A stretch of DNA of 63,958 nt from the NCBI GenBank assembly GCA_964630825.1, contig CAZVZR010000007.1, forward strand, positions 1 through 63,958. Direction: 5' to 3'. The notes beneath the pieces were generated by a model, which saw only the letters and a program-made list of their open reading frames with translations, was not told where the DNA came from and did no database searches. A program made the position numbers and the translations under genes. Below are positions 39,078-48,900 of this stretch, one piece after another. Positions within the stretch are counted from its first letter, which is position 1; each line of letters begins with the position of its first letter. This DNA is from an uncultured Planctomycetales bacterium (lineage in GTDB: Bacteria > Omnitrophota > Gorgyraeia > Zapsychrales > Zapsychraceae).

Positions 39078-39560
39078 ATGAAGTGGTTTATATTTCTCGT
39101 CGGTGTTTTTTTCTTTACTGCTGTTCAGCCGTATTTGGCGCAGGCGCAAAACAAGGTGAGTTTATCGACCTATTACCCTGCCCCGTCTGGGAATTTCCAA
39201 CAAATTAAAATAGAACCAGAATCAACGCCGCCGGCATGTACGACCGCAGATGTTGGTTTGATATATTATCAGGGCTCCACGGACAATGAGTTAAAGATTT
39301 GCGACGGAAGCCAATGGCTGAATGTCGTCGGCCCATGGCAGGAAAATAGTACAGACGTTTATTTTTCCGGCGGGAATGTGGGGATTGGCATAATTTCTCC
39401 CAAAGAAACTTTACATATACAATCGACAAGCAACGCAACAGTTTATATTAATGGTTCGGGTGGGGGAAAAATAATTTTAAAGGATTCTTCAGGAACAGGG
39501 TGCACAATGATTACGACTTTAAATGGGGCCATATCCCCGACGCCGATAGCGTGCCCGTAA
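39078..39560 (+). CDS. Secreted fibre-like protein, short paralogue
   Basis: Signal peptide MKWFIFLVGVFFFTAVQPYLAQA|QNKVSLSTYYPAPSGNF, GLIYYQGSTDNELKICDGSQW, and one GNVGIGIISPKETLHIQS repeat. Confidence 0.65.
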   Translation: MKWFIFLVGVFFFTAVQPYLAQAQNKVSLSTYYPAPSGNFQQIKIEPESTPPACTTADVGLIYYQGSTDNELKICDGSQWLNVVGPWQENSTDVYFSGGNVGIGIISPKETLHIQSTSNATVYINGSGGGKIILKDSSGTGCTMITTLNGAISPTPIACP

Positions 39561-39601
39561 AAGAAATTTTTAGTAAGGAGATGGTAAAAGGAGATGGAAA
39601 A

Positions 39602-41332
39602 ATGAAAAAAATATTCAAGCTATTTGCCGCCAGCAGTATTTTTTTAATGACCGCGTTGCCCTCGTGGGCACAAAACACAGTAACATTGTCGACGTATTAT
39701 CCCGCTCCATCCGGGAACTACAATCAAACACAATTTAAACCTCTTTCGGGAGATCCTGTAACATGTGGTTCCGGCACGGAAGGGACAGTCTATTATAGTT
39801 CAGCAACACATGAGTTAAAAGTATGTACTGGTACAGCCCCTTTTGGCTCGATTGGCGGAATATTCTCCCATACAAAACCTGGAAGCGTTGATAATGTTTT
39901 TCTTGACCCAGCCAAATATCCTCAACAAGCGTTCGGGATAGGTACTTCAACGCCGGGATATTTATTGGACGTTGAAGCGGGTAGTGGCGCCGACGGGGTT
40001 TTTTCGCTCATGTCAAATCTGGGGGCGGGATCAACAGATAAGTGGCTTTTTAATGCCAACAATTTGGATAAGGCACTTCATGTCAGAAATGGCGGGAACG
40101 TGGCGGCAAATGATCGCTTGACTCTCACTAATGATGGGAAATTAGGCATTGGTACTACAGCGGTGGGAGATGTAATCAGCCCTTTAACCATCAAATCACC
40201 TGTATTGGGTGGTTTGGGGCTTTTGCATACAAATTCAAATGCTGGCGGTACTACTACTATTCAACTCAATACGTATCTTGACAAACTTGATGGGAGTGTC
40301 GCTAGTCCTGCTGCTTGGATTGGTATGGGTACAACACAGCCGCTTAATTTTTATGTAAACAATACACTCACCCCATTAATGTCTCTAAATCCACCAGTAA
40401 CAGCCACAACGGGGACATTAAATACAATAAGCATTAATCCTACCAATACTGTTTTCACAGGAAACGTGGGGATTGGGGCTTCAAATCAGATTTCACCTTT
40501 GGTAGTTCCTGCTATCCCAGGAAACCTTGGCATTGGGATAACGGCTCCTGGACAAAGATTGGATGTATATGGAGCAGGGTCTCAAATAATAAGATTAAGA
40601 TCGATGGGAAACACAAGTCCTACACCGACGGCGGCGATGGGCGCAGGGATAGTCATGGGTGATGTCTATACAGGAGATTCTCCTCCAACACCTGTAACTT
40701 ATACGATGGGTGTTAACGGGATTCAAAATAAATTTTTAATTTCCTCAGGAGGAGCCATAATACTTAGCACCTTTATGCCTGCTAATCCATATTTCTTAAT
40801 TGATAGTTCTAATACCCTCGTTCCCGGTAATATAGGGATGGGGACAAGTGCACCAGCGGCGCACTTGCATGTATCTGGGGCAGGCAATCAATTTATAAAG
40901 GTAGAATCAACTGATTCGAACGGTCTGGGAGCTGGAATTACGTTCACTGGGGCAGACACAGGAGGTCCGGTGACGATTCCGCAGGCAAAAAGTTTTACTA
41001 TCGGCTATGCGGACGGAGAATTGTACTCAGCACCCAATTTTAATTCTTTTGTTATATCGACAGGGGCAGATCTTACTCAGCCCAAGCTTGTTGTTGCTCC
41101 GAATGGAAACGTTGGTATTAATCTACCTACTGCTTCTCCTAATGCCAGCTTAGATGTTTATGGTACGGTGCACATCAATAATCTTTTGCAATTAGAGCCG
41201 CAGTCCACCGTACCAAACTGCGTTAACAATGGGTTACTTTATGTGAGATCGACGTCTCCAGGAACCTTATGCTTTTGTGATGGCTCAGGCATTTGGAAGG
41301 CTGTGTATCCAACAACAGGAACATGTAACTAA
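39602..41332 (+). CDS. Secreted fibre-like repeat protein
   Basis: Signal peptide ...ALPSWA|QNTVTLSTYYPAPSGNY, at least 6 G-N-(V/I/L)-G-(I/M)-G-x-x-x-P...L-(H/D)-V-x-G repeats, and a C-terminal GLLYVRSTSPGTLCFCDGSGIWKAV. SD AAGGAG. Confidence 0.7.
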   Translation: MKKIFKLFAASSIFLMTALPSWAQNTVTLSTYYPAPSGNYNQTQFKPLSGDPVTCGSGTEGTVYYSSATHELKVCTGTAPFGSIGGIFSHTKPGSVDNVFLDPAKYPQQAFGIGTSTPGYLLDVEAGSGADGVFSLMSNLGAGSTDKWLFNANNLDKALHVRNGGNVAANDRLTLTNDGKLGIGTTAVGDVISPLTIKSPVLGGLGLLHTNSNAGGTTTIQLNTYLDKLDGSVASPAAWIGMGTTQPLNFYVNNTLTPLMSLNPPVTATTGTLNTISINPTNTVFTGNVGIGASNQISPLVVPAIPGNLGIGITAPGQRLDVYGAGSQIIRLRSMGNTSPTPTAAMGAGIVMGDVYTGDSPPTPVTYTMGVNGIQNKFLISSGGAIILSTFMPANPYFLIDSSNTLVPGNIGMGTSAPAAHLHVSGAGNQFIKVESTDSNGLGAGITFTGADTGGPVTIPQAKSFTIGYADGELYSAPNFNSFVISTGADLTQPKLVVAPNGNVGINLPTASPNASLDVYGTVHINNLLQLEPQSTVPNCVNNGLLYVRSTSPGTLCFCDGSGIWKAVYPTTGTCN

Positions 41333-41376
41333 ATTATTGGGACTTAATTTTTGGGATATAATTTAAGGATCGAATC

Positions 41377-41404
41377 TTGACAGCGACGATTTGTATGTTA
41401 TACT
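41377..41404 (+). promoter_or_regulatory. Candidate strong promoter
   Basis: TTGACA, 16 nt, TGt-TATACT. Confidence 0.55.
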
Positions 41405-41432
41405 TTAATCACTTTATATGTATTAACATAAA

Positions 41433-41474
41433 CACAGTCCTTTGCCACGGGAGGATGCTGTGAATCTTTTTTTT
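41433..41474 (+). terminator. Terminator-like hairpin 1 in the flp leader
   Basis: CACAGTCC...GGATGCTGTG followed by AATCTTTTTTTT. Confidence 0.45.
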
Positions 41475-41544
41475 CGTATTATTAATATAGTTAAGCGTTA
41501 TTATCAGAGATATAACTATTTGGGAGAATTAAGGTTACTAACAC

Positions 41545-41576
41545 AACCTCTTGTTGAAAACAAGAGGTTTTTTTAT
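41545..41576 (+). terminator. Terminator-like hairpin 2 in the flp leader
   Basis: AACCTCTTGT-tgaaa-ACAAGAGGTT followed by TTTTTAT. Confidence 0.65.
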
Positions 41577-41624
41577 TTGTCTACCAATAATTATTCAGAA
41601 AAGGCAAATAAACCACGCAACACT

Positions 41625-41647
41625 ACCCTCTTAAAGAGGGTTTTTTG
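41625..41647 (+). terminator. Terminator-like hairpin 3 in the flp leader
   Basis: ACCCTCT-taa-AGAGGGT followed by TTTTTGG. Confidence 0.5.
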
Positions 41648-41752
41648 GTCATAAATAGCCCTAAGGGCTGTCTCTTTGGCAGATAGTAGAGCAAAGAGGG
41701 GGGCTAAGAGTTGTCTGAAAATACGTTAAAGGTCGATGAGATGAGGCATCAA

Positions 41753-41905
41753 ATGAAACAAATGGGAAACAAGGGACAACAAATACTAGAGTATGCCATC
41801 ATCGCATCTGTCGTGGCCGCGGTCGCGCTGGCCATGAGTACCTACGTGTTTCGGTCGGTGCAAGCCACCCAACAGGCAATTCAAAAAGAAGCCGGGAATG
41901 AATAA
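41753..41905 (+). CDS. flp: Flp-family type IVb prepilin (canonical size, 50 aa)
   Basis: MKQMGNKG|QQILEYAIIASVVAAVALAM, showing the G/xxxxEY Flp motif plus a hydrophobic helix. GAGG lies 6 nt before this ATG. Confidence 0.75.
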   Translation: MKQMGNKGQQILEYAIIASVVAAVALAMSTYVFRSVQATQQAIQKEAGNE

Positions 41906-41934
41906 TGGTTTAAGTTATTAAGGAGGAAAAATAC

Positions 41935-42156
41935 ATGCTTAAACAGTATATAAAAACAAACCAAAAAGCAAAAAGAAAAGGACAAAGTACCGTCGAGTAC
42001 ATTATCCTTGTAGCAGCGATTATCGCCGCTATCATCGTCTTTTTGCGCCCCGGAGGTATTTTCCAGAAAGCATATAACAGCACATTGGTTTCTGGTACTA
42101 ACGGGATGAATGAAATGGCCGACAGACTGCAAAGTTCACGGCCGGCTAGTCCGTAA
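41935..42156 (+). CDS. Flp-like prepilin (73 aa)
   Basis: ...KAKRKG|QSTVEYIILVAAIIAAIIVFL. Strong SD AAGGAGG. Confidence 0.75.
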   Translation: MLKQYIKTNQKAKRKGQSTVEYIILVAAIIAAIIVFLRPGGIFQKAYNSTLVSGTNGMNEMADRLQSSRPASP

Positions 42157-42198
42157 TTGTCTTAAGAAACATTAAGAACATTATTAGGAGGAATCTAA

Positions 42199-42564
42199 AT
42201 GTTTAGAAAACTTATTAAAAATAAAAAGGCACAGAACACCGCCGAATACGCGATCTTGATTTCCTTGGTCGTGGCGGGGATTATTGCCATGCAGACGTAT
42301 GCACAACGAGCATTGCAAGCCAGAGTCCGTGATGCGTCGCTTTACTTGGCAAACCAAACCTCATTAGGAGGCAGAAACTCAGTTCAGTATGAACCGTATT
42401 ATTTAAAAACCAACTATCTTGTCACGCGTGATGAAAATAACATTCAACAGTATGACAACAAAACAACAGCTACGAAGACAGATAGTACCAGAAACCGTGA
42501 TGTTGGTGGTTTCCAGGAATCAAGCTACAATACTTCAGTTAAAGGTATTGTGGGAGGTCTTTAA
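42199..42564 (+). CDS. Flp-like prepilin with extended C-terminal domain (121 aa)
   Basis: MFRKLIKNKKA|QNTAEYAILISLVVAGIIAM. SD AGGAGG. EPYY motif shared with 43168. Confidence 0.7.
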   Translation: MFRKLIKNKKAQNTAEYAILISLVVAGIIAMQTYAQRALQARVRDASLYLANQTSLGGRNSVQYEPYYLKTNYLVTRDENNIQQYDNKTTATKTDSTRNRDVGGFQESSYNTSVKGIVGGL

Positions 42565-42635
42565 TACGGTTTTGTGAGGAGGTTAACGAAAATTTCCTCA
42601 AAATAATATAAGAGGATTAATTAGGAGGAAAAGCA

Positions 42636-42971
42636 ATGTTTAAGTTCTTCATACAAAGACGAAAAAAAGGACAAAGTACTCTCGAGTACGCCATCTTGAT
42701 CATCATTGTCCTCGCCGCACTTTTGTCTATCCAGGTTTACGTGAAGCGCGGCATCCAAGGACGATTCAAATCGGCCGCGGATGACATTGGTGAACAGTTT
42801 TCACCGGGAAATACAAATGTAATGAAAATTAGCGGGACTCGTTCTCAATCACGAGATACGTTTGCAGCCGGTGCTACCAAATCCCAGTTAACCAAAACAG
42901 AAACACAGTTTGACATCATGAATTCTTCAATCGTGAATGTTCAACAGGAATTCTGGGGTAAGAATCCGTAA
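42636..42971 (+). CDS. Flp-like prepilin with extended C-terminal domain (111 aa)
   Basis: MFKFFIQRRKKG|QSTLEYAILIIIVLAALL, then YVKRGIQGRFKSAADDIGEQFSP. SD AGGAGG. Confidence 0.75.
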   Translation: MFKFFIQRRKKGQSTLEYAILIIIVLAALLSIQVYVKRGIQGRFKSAADDIGEQFSPGNTNVMKISGTRSQSRDTFAAGATKSQLTKTETQFDIMNSSIVNVQQEFWGKNP

Positions 42972-42990
42972 GGGTTATGTAGTTTAAAAA

Positions 42991-43031
42991 AAAGGACAGT
43001 CTCGGGCGTAACCCGGGGCTGTCCTTTTTTG
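42991..43031 (+). terminator. Intrinsic terminator after the first four flp genes
   Basis: AAAGGACAG-tctcgggcgtaacccgggg-CTGTCCTTT followed by TTT. Confidence 0.7.
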
Positions 43032-43167
43032 TGGTTTTGGGGAAGAGATATCCCGCCCTGTTCTTCAAGAAATTTCTTGATTAAGGTGTTGGTTTTTTAA
43101 TCTGTTATCGTATATAATTATATTAGAGTTAGTATTTTTAATAATATATAACCTGCCGAAAAATTTT

Positions 43168-43557
43168 ATGCTAAGAAATTTTCACGATAAAAAAGCTCAA
43201 ATGAGCGTTGGTGAATATGCATTAACATTTTTTTTGGTGGTTGCTGTAGTTTTAGCCATGTCGGTAATGTTTCGCAGAGTAGTTCAAGCCAGGATCCACG
43301 ATACACGCGATTATATGGTTAATTATGTTGTTCAAAATACAGGCCCCCACTACGACGGGAATTTGTATTTATGGTATGAACCTTATTATATGAACATCGT
43401 TTCTAATACAGATACCATAGGTGTCACGCGTAGATCGCTGGGTGCTGGCGGATCATCGGGGATTTATGGCTCGACGATTAATCAAGAAACCCGTGTGCAG
43501 GCAATAAGTAATACGGCGGTTCCCCGTCTTTATCGGCAGAACTTGCCGGGAGGTTAG
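43168..43557 (+). CDS. Flp-like prepilin, divergent (129 aa)
   Basis: MLRNFHDKKAQMSVGEYALTFFLVVAVVLAM, with EY one residue further from the A/Q junction. LWYEPYY motif. Weak SD. Confidence 0.55.
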   Translation: MLRNFHDKKAQMSVGEYALTFFLVVAVVLAMSVMFRRVVQARIHDTRDYMVNYVVQNTGPHYDGNLYLWYEPYYMNIVSNTDTIGVTRRSLGAGGSSGIYGSTINQETRVQAISNTAVPRLYRQNLPGG

Positions 43558-43562
43558 CTGAT

Positions 43563-43880
43563 ATGAGAAAAATACAAACTGGGCAAACGTATCTTGAATA
43601 CACACTTATCCTGACGGCGGTGTTGGGGATTATTATGGCGATGACTCCGATGATCAAGAGAGTTTTGCAGGGAATGATTATTCCTGTGGCTGATCAGTTG
43701 GGCCGGCAGCCCGATTCAGACCAATCAGTTGATCAGCGCGGAATAATGCTGAAATCGGCCATTAGGCAACAAGCCAGCACAGATAAAGCAGAGGTAGATT
43801 ACGGGAATTATGTTTATAATGACACTGTCCGGGGGAAAACGTCACAGGTTTCCGATTTGGGTTTTACTCCAAGTCAATAA
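43563..43880 (+). CDS. Flp-like prepilin (105 aa)
   Basis: MRKIQTG|QTYLEYTLILTAVLGIIMAM. SD GGAGG. Confidence 0.7.
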   Translation: MRKIQTGQTYLEYTLILTAVLGIIMAMTPMIKRVLQGMIIPVADQLGRQPDSDQSVDQRGIMLKSAIRQQASTDKAEVDYGNYVYNDTVRGKTSQVSDLGFTPSQ

Positions 43881-43915
43881 AAGTTTTTATCGGATATTAT
43901 TAAAGGATGAGGCAT

Positions 43916-44233
43916 ATGCATAAAAACAGAAGACGTAAAGGGCAAACAACCATCGAGTATACGGTTCTTATGATCGTTGTTTTAGGGGCTTTTGTGGCCG
44001 CTGGAAACTATATTAAGCGCGGGCTCCAGGGCCGCTGGAAATCAGCGATTGATGATATGGGTGATCAATATGACCCCCGTACCGCCGTCGGTAACGTTAG
44101 GCATATCGTGATGGTAAATTCCCTTACCAATATAATCGCCGTGCCGACAACCAATGGTTTTGATACAACACGGCTGGATATTTCCAATTCACTGGATCGA
44201 CATGTTGGAAGCATGAGTGTCGGAGGGTATTAA
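43916..44233 (+). CDS. Flp-like prepilin (105 aa)
   Basis: MHKNRRRKG|QTTIEYTVLMIVVLGAFVAA, then YIKRGLQGRWKSAIDDMGDQYDP. Start moved to the second ATG for SD spacing. Confidence 0.7.
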   Translation: MHKNRRRKGQTTIEYTVLMIVVLGAFVAAGNYIKRGLQGRWKSAIDDMGDQYDPRTAVGNVRHIVMVNSLTNIIAVPTTNGFDTTRLDISNSLDRHVGSMSVGGY

Positions 44234-44310
44234 AAAATCCGCGATCAGTGCTCAGATTAAACCATCGGGCACCGCTTAGCCGGCTGGCTGACTACAGATT
44301 ATCAATAATA

Positions 44311-45591
44311 ATGAATTCCTTTTTTAACATAGGAAATAACAATAAGGCTCAAACAGCAATCGAATTGGCTATCTTTGGCGCAATATTAATTTTTGTTATC
44401 GGCCTTATCGTTCGCACGGGGTTAAATAATGCCTATCAACAAAATCAGCAGTTACGGGCAATGCGCATGGCGATGAAGCTTTCGTATGAAAATTCTGAAG
44501 GATTAATTGGCAGTAGCGGGGGAGATTGGTCGGGGAATGCATCCAGAAATTCTGCGAGCGTCACAATTGTTGAAGATCGGTTAACAGCGAGTTCTGATAA
44601 AACAGGGGCTATTGATCGTATCCCGTGGATTTTAAGCGGATCAGCGACATTCACCCGGAATTTAAATATGCCTGTTGATGCCGGAGAAGATTGGAATCTC
44701 CCGATGATGGACATTATTATCAATGGACAGCAATTTCCGTTGGCGGTGGCAGGTTTTAGCAGCCCCATTTCAGTAGCCGATGCCGCTTGTAACGTAAGAG
44801 ATTTTCCCGTAAAGATTCCCAATTCCCCCGAACTTAGGACGGCAGGTTCCAGATTGTTTTATAACCCAAATTGTGCTGATTGTTTTAATTTAGATCAGGC
44901 CGGCGGCTTATGCACGGTCGACTCTTCCGGCAATCCGATGGGAACCTCGGCGATTGAAGTTCCGGCCGCCGAGCGTGATGTTTTTGCCTGGCAGTGGGGG
45001 AAGCTTAAAGGAGACAGTTTACAAGTCGGTGACTCCGTTGACGTGGATTGTGATTTGAAAGAAGAACGTGTTATTAATGTGTTTCCTGAAAAAGGGCCGG
45101 TGCAGACGATTACTGTCATGGATTTTCAAAAAGGAGATCTTGATACTACATATGATTCTAATGATAAGGCTAAGGACAAAGCTTTAGGGAGAACAGGCCC
45201 CGGGTTGACTAATGATATGGCATTATACACTCAGGTTGGAGACGGGACATACCTTTTGTTAGAGGAAAACGGTGTCAGAAAAATTTCAATGCAAAAGAAA
45301 CAATCAGTCGATTTGGTAGAGAGGATATTACAGTTATCATATAATACGGGACGGTTTTGCGATGGAAACGTACGCCTTCCCACAGTTAAGGGGACGGATA
45401 TTCCTAATCCGGTCGAGATCTGTCATCCTGACTGCCGGAGCGCTTTGGCAGCGGCCAGGACTTGTTATGATACTGATGCGGATCCGCCAAGAATTTATAT
45501 CCGTAGCCGTATACGGGATATCCACGGCCGTAAATGGATTACAGATTTTGGCGGGGACAAATCTATTAACTTTAAAGTGCCGGGATTTTAA
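44311..45591 (+). CDS. Large TadE-like pseudopilin (426 aa)
   Basis: MNSFFNIGNNNKA|QTAIELAIFGAILIFVIGLIV followed by an unrecognised ~390-aa domain. Start uncertain (track GTG at 44248). Confidence 0.6.
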   Translation: MNSFFNIGNNNKAQTAIELAIFGAILIFVIGLIVRTGLNNAYQQNQQLRAMRMAMKLSYENSEGLIGSSGGDWSGNASRNSASVTIVEDRLTASSDKTGAIDRIPWILSGSATFTRNLNMPVDAGEDWNLPMMDIIINGQQFPLAVAGFSSPISVADAACNVRDFPVKIPNSPELRTAGSRLFYNPNCADCFNLDQAGGLCTVDSSGNPMGTSAIEVPAAERDVFAWQWGKLKGDSLQVGDSVDVDCDLKEERVINVFPEKGPVQTITVMDFQKGDLDTTYDSNDKAKDKALGRTGPGLTNDMALYTQVGDGTYLLLEENGVRKISMQKKQSVDLVERILQLSYNTGRFCDGNVRLPTVKGTDIPNPVEICHPDCRSALAAARTCYDTDADPPRIYIRSRIRDIHGRKWITDFGGDKSINFKVPGF

Positions 45592-45621
45592 ATTTATAGT
45601 AATTTTTAAAAGGTTTAATCG

Positions 45622-45888
45622 ATGCCACGGTACAAAAAAAATAGCGGGCAGACAACCATTGAATTTGCTTTCAGCATGATTATCATTATGTTGATGATTT
45701 ATGGAATGGTAATGATTTTTTATTGGACAGGTTCGGACTTAATAGGAAGAAGCAAAGGCCACGACGCACAGCTCATCACAGCCATTAATCCAAATTATTC
45801 TTCTGGGAGCCCAGAAGATGGGCCTTTAAAGCAGATTGCCCCATATTTTTATTACCCACAGAAAATGAATGCAGTGTTCGGCCAATAA
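45622..45888 (+). CDS. TadE-like minor pseudopilin (88 aa)
   Basis: MPRYKKNSG|QTTIEFAFSMIIIMLMIYGMVMIF. Confidence 0.65.
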   Translation: MPRYKKNSGQTTIEFAFSMIIIMLMIYGMVMIFYWTGSDLIGRSKGHDAQLITAINPNYSSGSPEDGPLKQIAPYFYYPQKMNAVFGQ

Positions 45889-45901
45889 AGAATATTAAAT
45901 A

Positions 45902-48900
45902 ATGTTAATTTTGCTAAAAAAAATTATCCGCCACAGTTTCCGTCAAAAATTCAAGAATTCTTCCAAAGGACAAGTAGCGGTTATCCTTATATTGATCACT
46001 GCCGTTGCATTAATCTTTTACGCGGTGAGCCTCAATATGGGCCGCGTTGCTATTGTGAAAACTCAAACCCAAATCGCCTCAGCTTCGGGAGCTAGTGAGT
46101 TGGCCTCCGAGATGGCAAGCTATGGGCAAAGCCTTTTTATGGAAGTCCTCGGGGGGAAGCGCAAAGTTTGTGATAGCAGTTCTGTTTTGGGCGCTATTGT
46201 AGCCGTTGTTCTCGCAATACTTATTATTATTATTCTTGTTGTCTTAGCAGTTTTTACTTGGGGATCGAGTTTGATAGGCATACCATATGTTATATTGGTG
46301 GCGGGGTCTGTGCTTGGGTTGGCTGCAGCAACGGCTGGGCTTATTATGGCAACGATTGCTCTTTATGAACAGGCATTCATAATACAGCCGAGCATAACAG
46401 ATCTATGGAATAAATCTTTGGCCGCAGTATTGTCCAGAGAAGATATGTATTTAGAGCAAGGGATATCAGCAGGTTGGGGGAGAATTGTAACCGACAACAA
46501 ACAAGTCCCAGACATTCTTGATTTTAATGCCGATGGAGTTTATGGTTTTGATGGCCAAGGTAAGCCGAAGGATTGGGTATCACGCCCGGCAATTTATTAT
46601 GACATGAGGGTTAGGGGTGCCCAAAACAAGCCTGTTCCGGAAATAGACGCTTTTGTTAAAGCCCTCGGGGAATTTTTATACAAAGATCCTGATGGAACGG
46701 GAAACACGTGGGGATTGATTGATCCGTTGCCTTGTTGCGATGCCTCTAATCCTAAGTGCAACCCTAATCATCCTTGTTGCCAAAGCCCGCCGCCGTCTGA
46801 GTGCAACCCTTGCTGTGTTCCGGAATTTGTTAATGATCCGACGGATCAAGGTGGAACTGGCCAAGTCCGTATTAGGCCGGAATGTTGTGACAATAACACG
46901 CCACCGAATGCTTGCGGCGTAGCAACCACGTCCTGTGGTACAGCCGCGAGCTGCGGTTCATTAAGTCCTTACGGGAATGCTTATCCGTATGTTTATAACT
47001 CGATCTTTCAAAATCAAGAAAACAACAACACGACTGACCCGAATTTCTTTTTATCCTTTTTGGAGCAATTGGGGCATGACGATGAAAACGATAAGTATAC
47101 TATTCCGGAACCTGCTTCCCAAGCAAACCCTTCACTGTATGACCCTACAGCATTACAGCAAAGTATTGATCCGGAAGGGCCTCTGCGGTGGCGATTTACC
47201 GACGCAACAGGATTTTATCATGATCCCGTTTGGCCTTACCCTGAGCCACGGCCGCCGGGGGATAAACAGTCAGGGATATTTCCATTTTTATATAAAATTC
47301 AAGATTGGGGGATGGACCTCAATCAATTGAATAAATTACAAACAGTATCGTGGTCAGGAACCCCTCTTAAAGACGGAATGCATTGTTATTGGTATGATTG
47401 GGCTTGGGATCAGGCTTATGATACTTCCGGAAACGACTGCACCAGTTTGTTGACGGGAAAGGAAATGCCCCAGGAACTTCGTCGACAGATTGACTGGCCG
47501 GCAACGAACGGAATATTCAATGCTAATCCTATGCAGGCATTAATTTTGCCCCAAGACCCCAATAAATTGATTTTTGATAAAACCTGGTGGGTTGACGGAA
47601 CACGAGACAATGTTTGCACGAGCGGTGTTTGTAATCCACCATTAGCGGCTGATAAAGTTATAGTTCCCCAGGGGATTATTGCTGGTGAGAATGAATGCGC
47701 TCAAAACGGGCTTGAACAAACAGATCCGAATACAGGGGCAAAGCTGGGTTTTTGGAAACGCGGCGATGTTCAGTTTTGTTCAACACAATGGCCTTATGAC
47801 GCGCATTGTACACAGCATCTTTGGGACCCTGTAAATAATACCAGTGCGTGTGTTGTTGATCAGGGGCTGCCAACTCAACAATATGTAGATTGTAATTGTA
47901 TGGACCCAGCGGTAGATAAAACTTTGTTCAGGGATGATGTTTTAGATACAATGGTCCATGGGTTTAAAGACTTTATTTCGCTCGCGGAATCGGTTCTTGC
48001 CATGAAATCAATGGAACGGAAAAATTCATTGAGTTATTGGGGGCCGCAGATGTATGAATGGGTTAATCCTACGGATGGTTTTATCGCAATCATTAGGGCA
48101 CGCATTCAAGAAATATTAGTTAGGCTCAAAACTAATTGGCGCGATCTTTCTTTTCAAGGGACGACTTGCGAGGAAGTCTGGTGCGTGCCGCCGGCAACAG
48201 ATCTCAACAATGGGAGGGATTGCCAAAGCGCTTTAAACATTCCTTTAAGGGAACGAGCCACTTTTGATATTAATGGTAATACTATTCGCGGGGATATGGC
48301 AGATATTATTGCCTGCTTGGAGTGGAATTCGGGTTCTGTGAATCAGAATAACCTTAATACTTATGCGGATGGGACAACCGCCAGAGACAATGCTTTGAAG
48401 TTTGAAAAATGCCGCGAATCTTGTTCATGGGATACATGCCGCGCTCCGCGGCTACCGCGGTCGTTGGTTCCTCCGGCGGATTTTAGCCGTATTGCTTTTG
48501 AACCGGCGGACCCGAACCCGGCGGTAGCAACGCTTTTGGAAACGGATATCAAAAAGATGTTGAATTGTTACGACAGTATTCCGATAGGCAATAACACAAA
48601 TTGTACTACCGGGCCAGGGAGTCAATTGGAAAAATGCCAGGCCATGCCCATGACAAAGTTTAATCAGTCGTGTCAAAAATATTTTACCGATGATCCCGCG
48701 ACTTTTAATGCGGATGCCATTGATTTTGATTGCGGGCACCGGTATTTTGATTTTGTTCCGGATTCGTTAAGGCGCGGCCCGCCCGGGGATCCGGCTGCTG
48801 TTTGCTACGGAGCAACGTATTTTCCCACTTATTGGCCGGCGGATATTGATTTTTCAGTCCCCGGAACATGGACATATGCTGACATCGGGAATGCGGCAAG

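Noticed and set aside
41442-41654. 70-aa ORF in the flp leader
   Set aside because: It has a TTG start, spans two terminator hairpins, has an AT-rich low-complexity translation, and has no SD.
41677-41693. Sigma-54 promoter TGGCAGATAGTAGAGCA upstream of flp
   Set aside because: The GG-to-GC spacing is one nt longer than the canonical TGGCAC-N5-TTGC, and the -12 element is AGAGCA rather than TTGCA.
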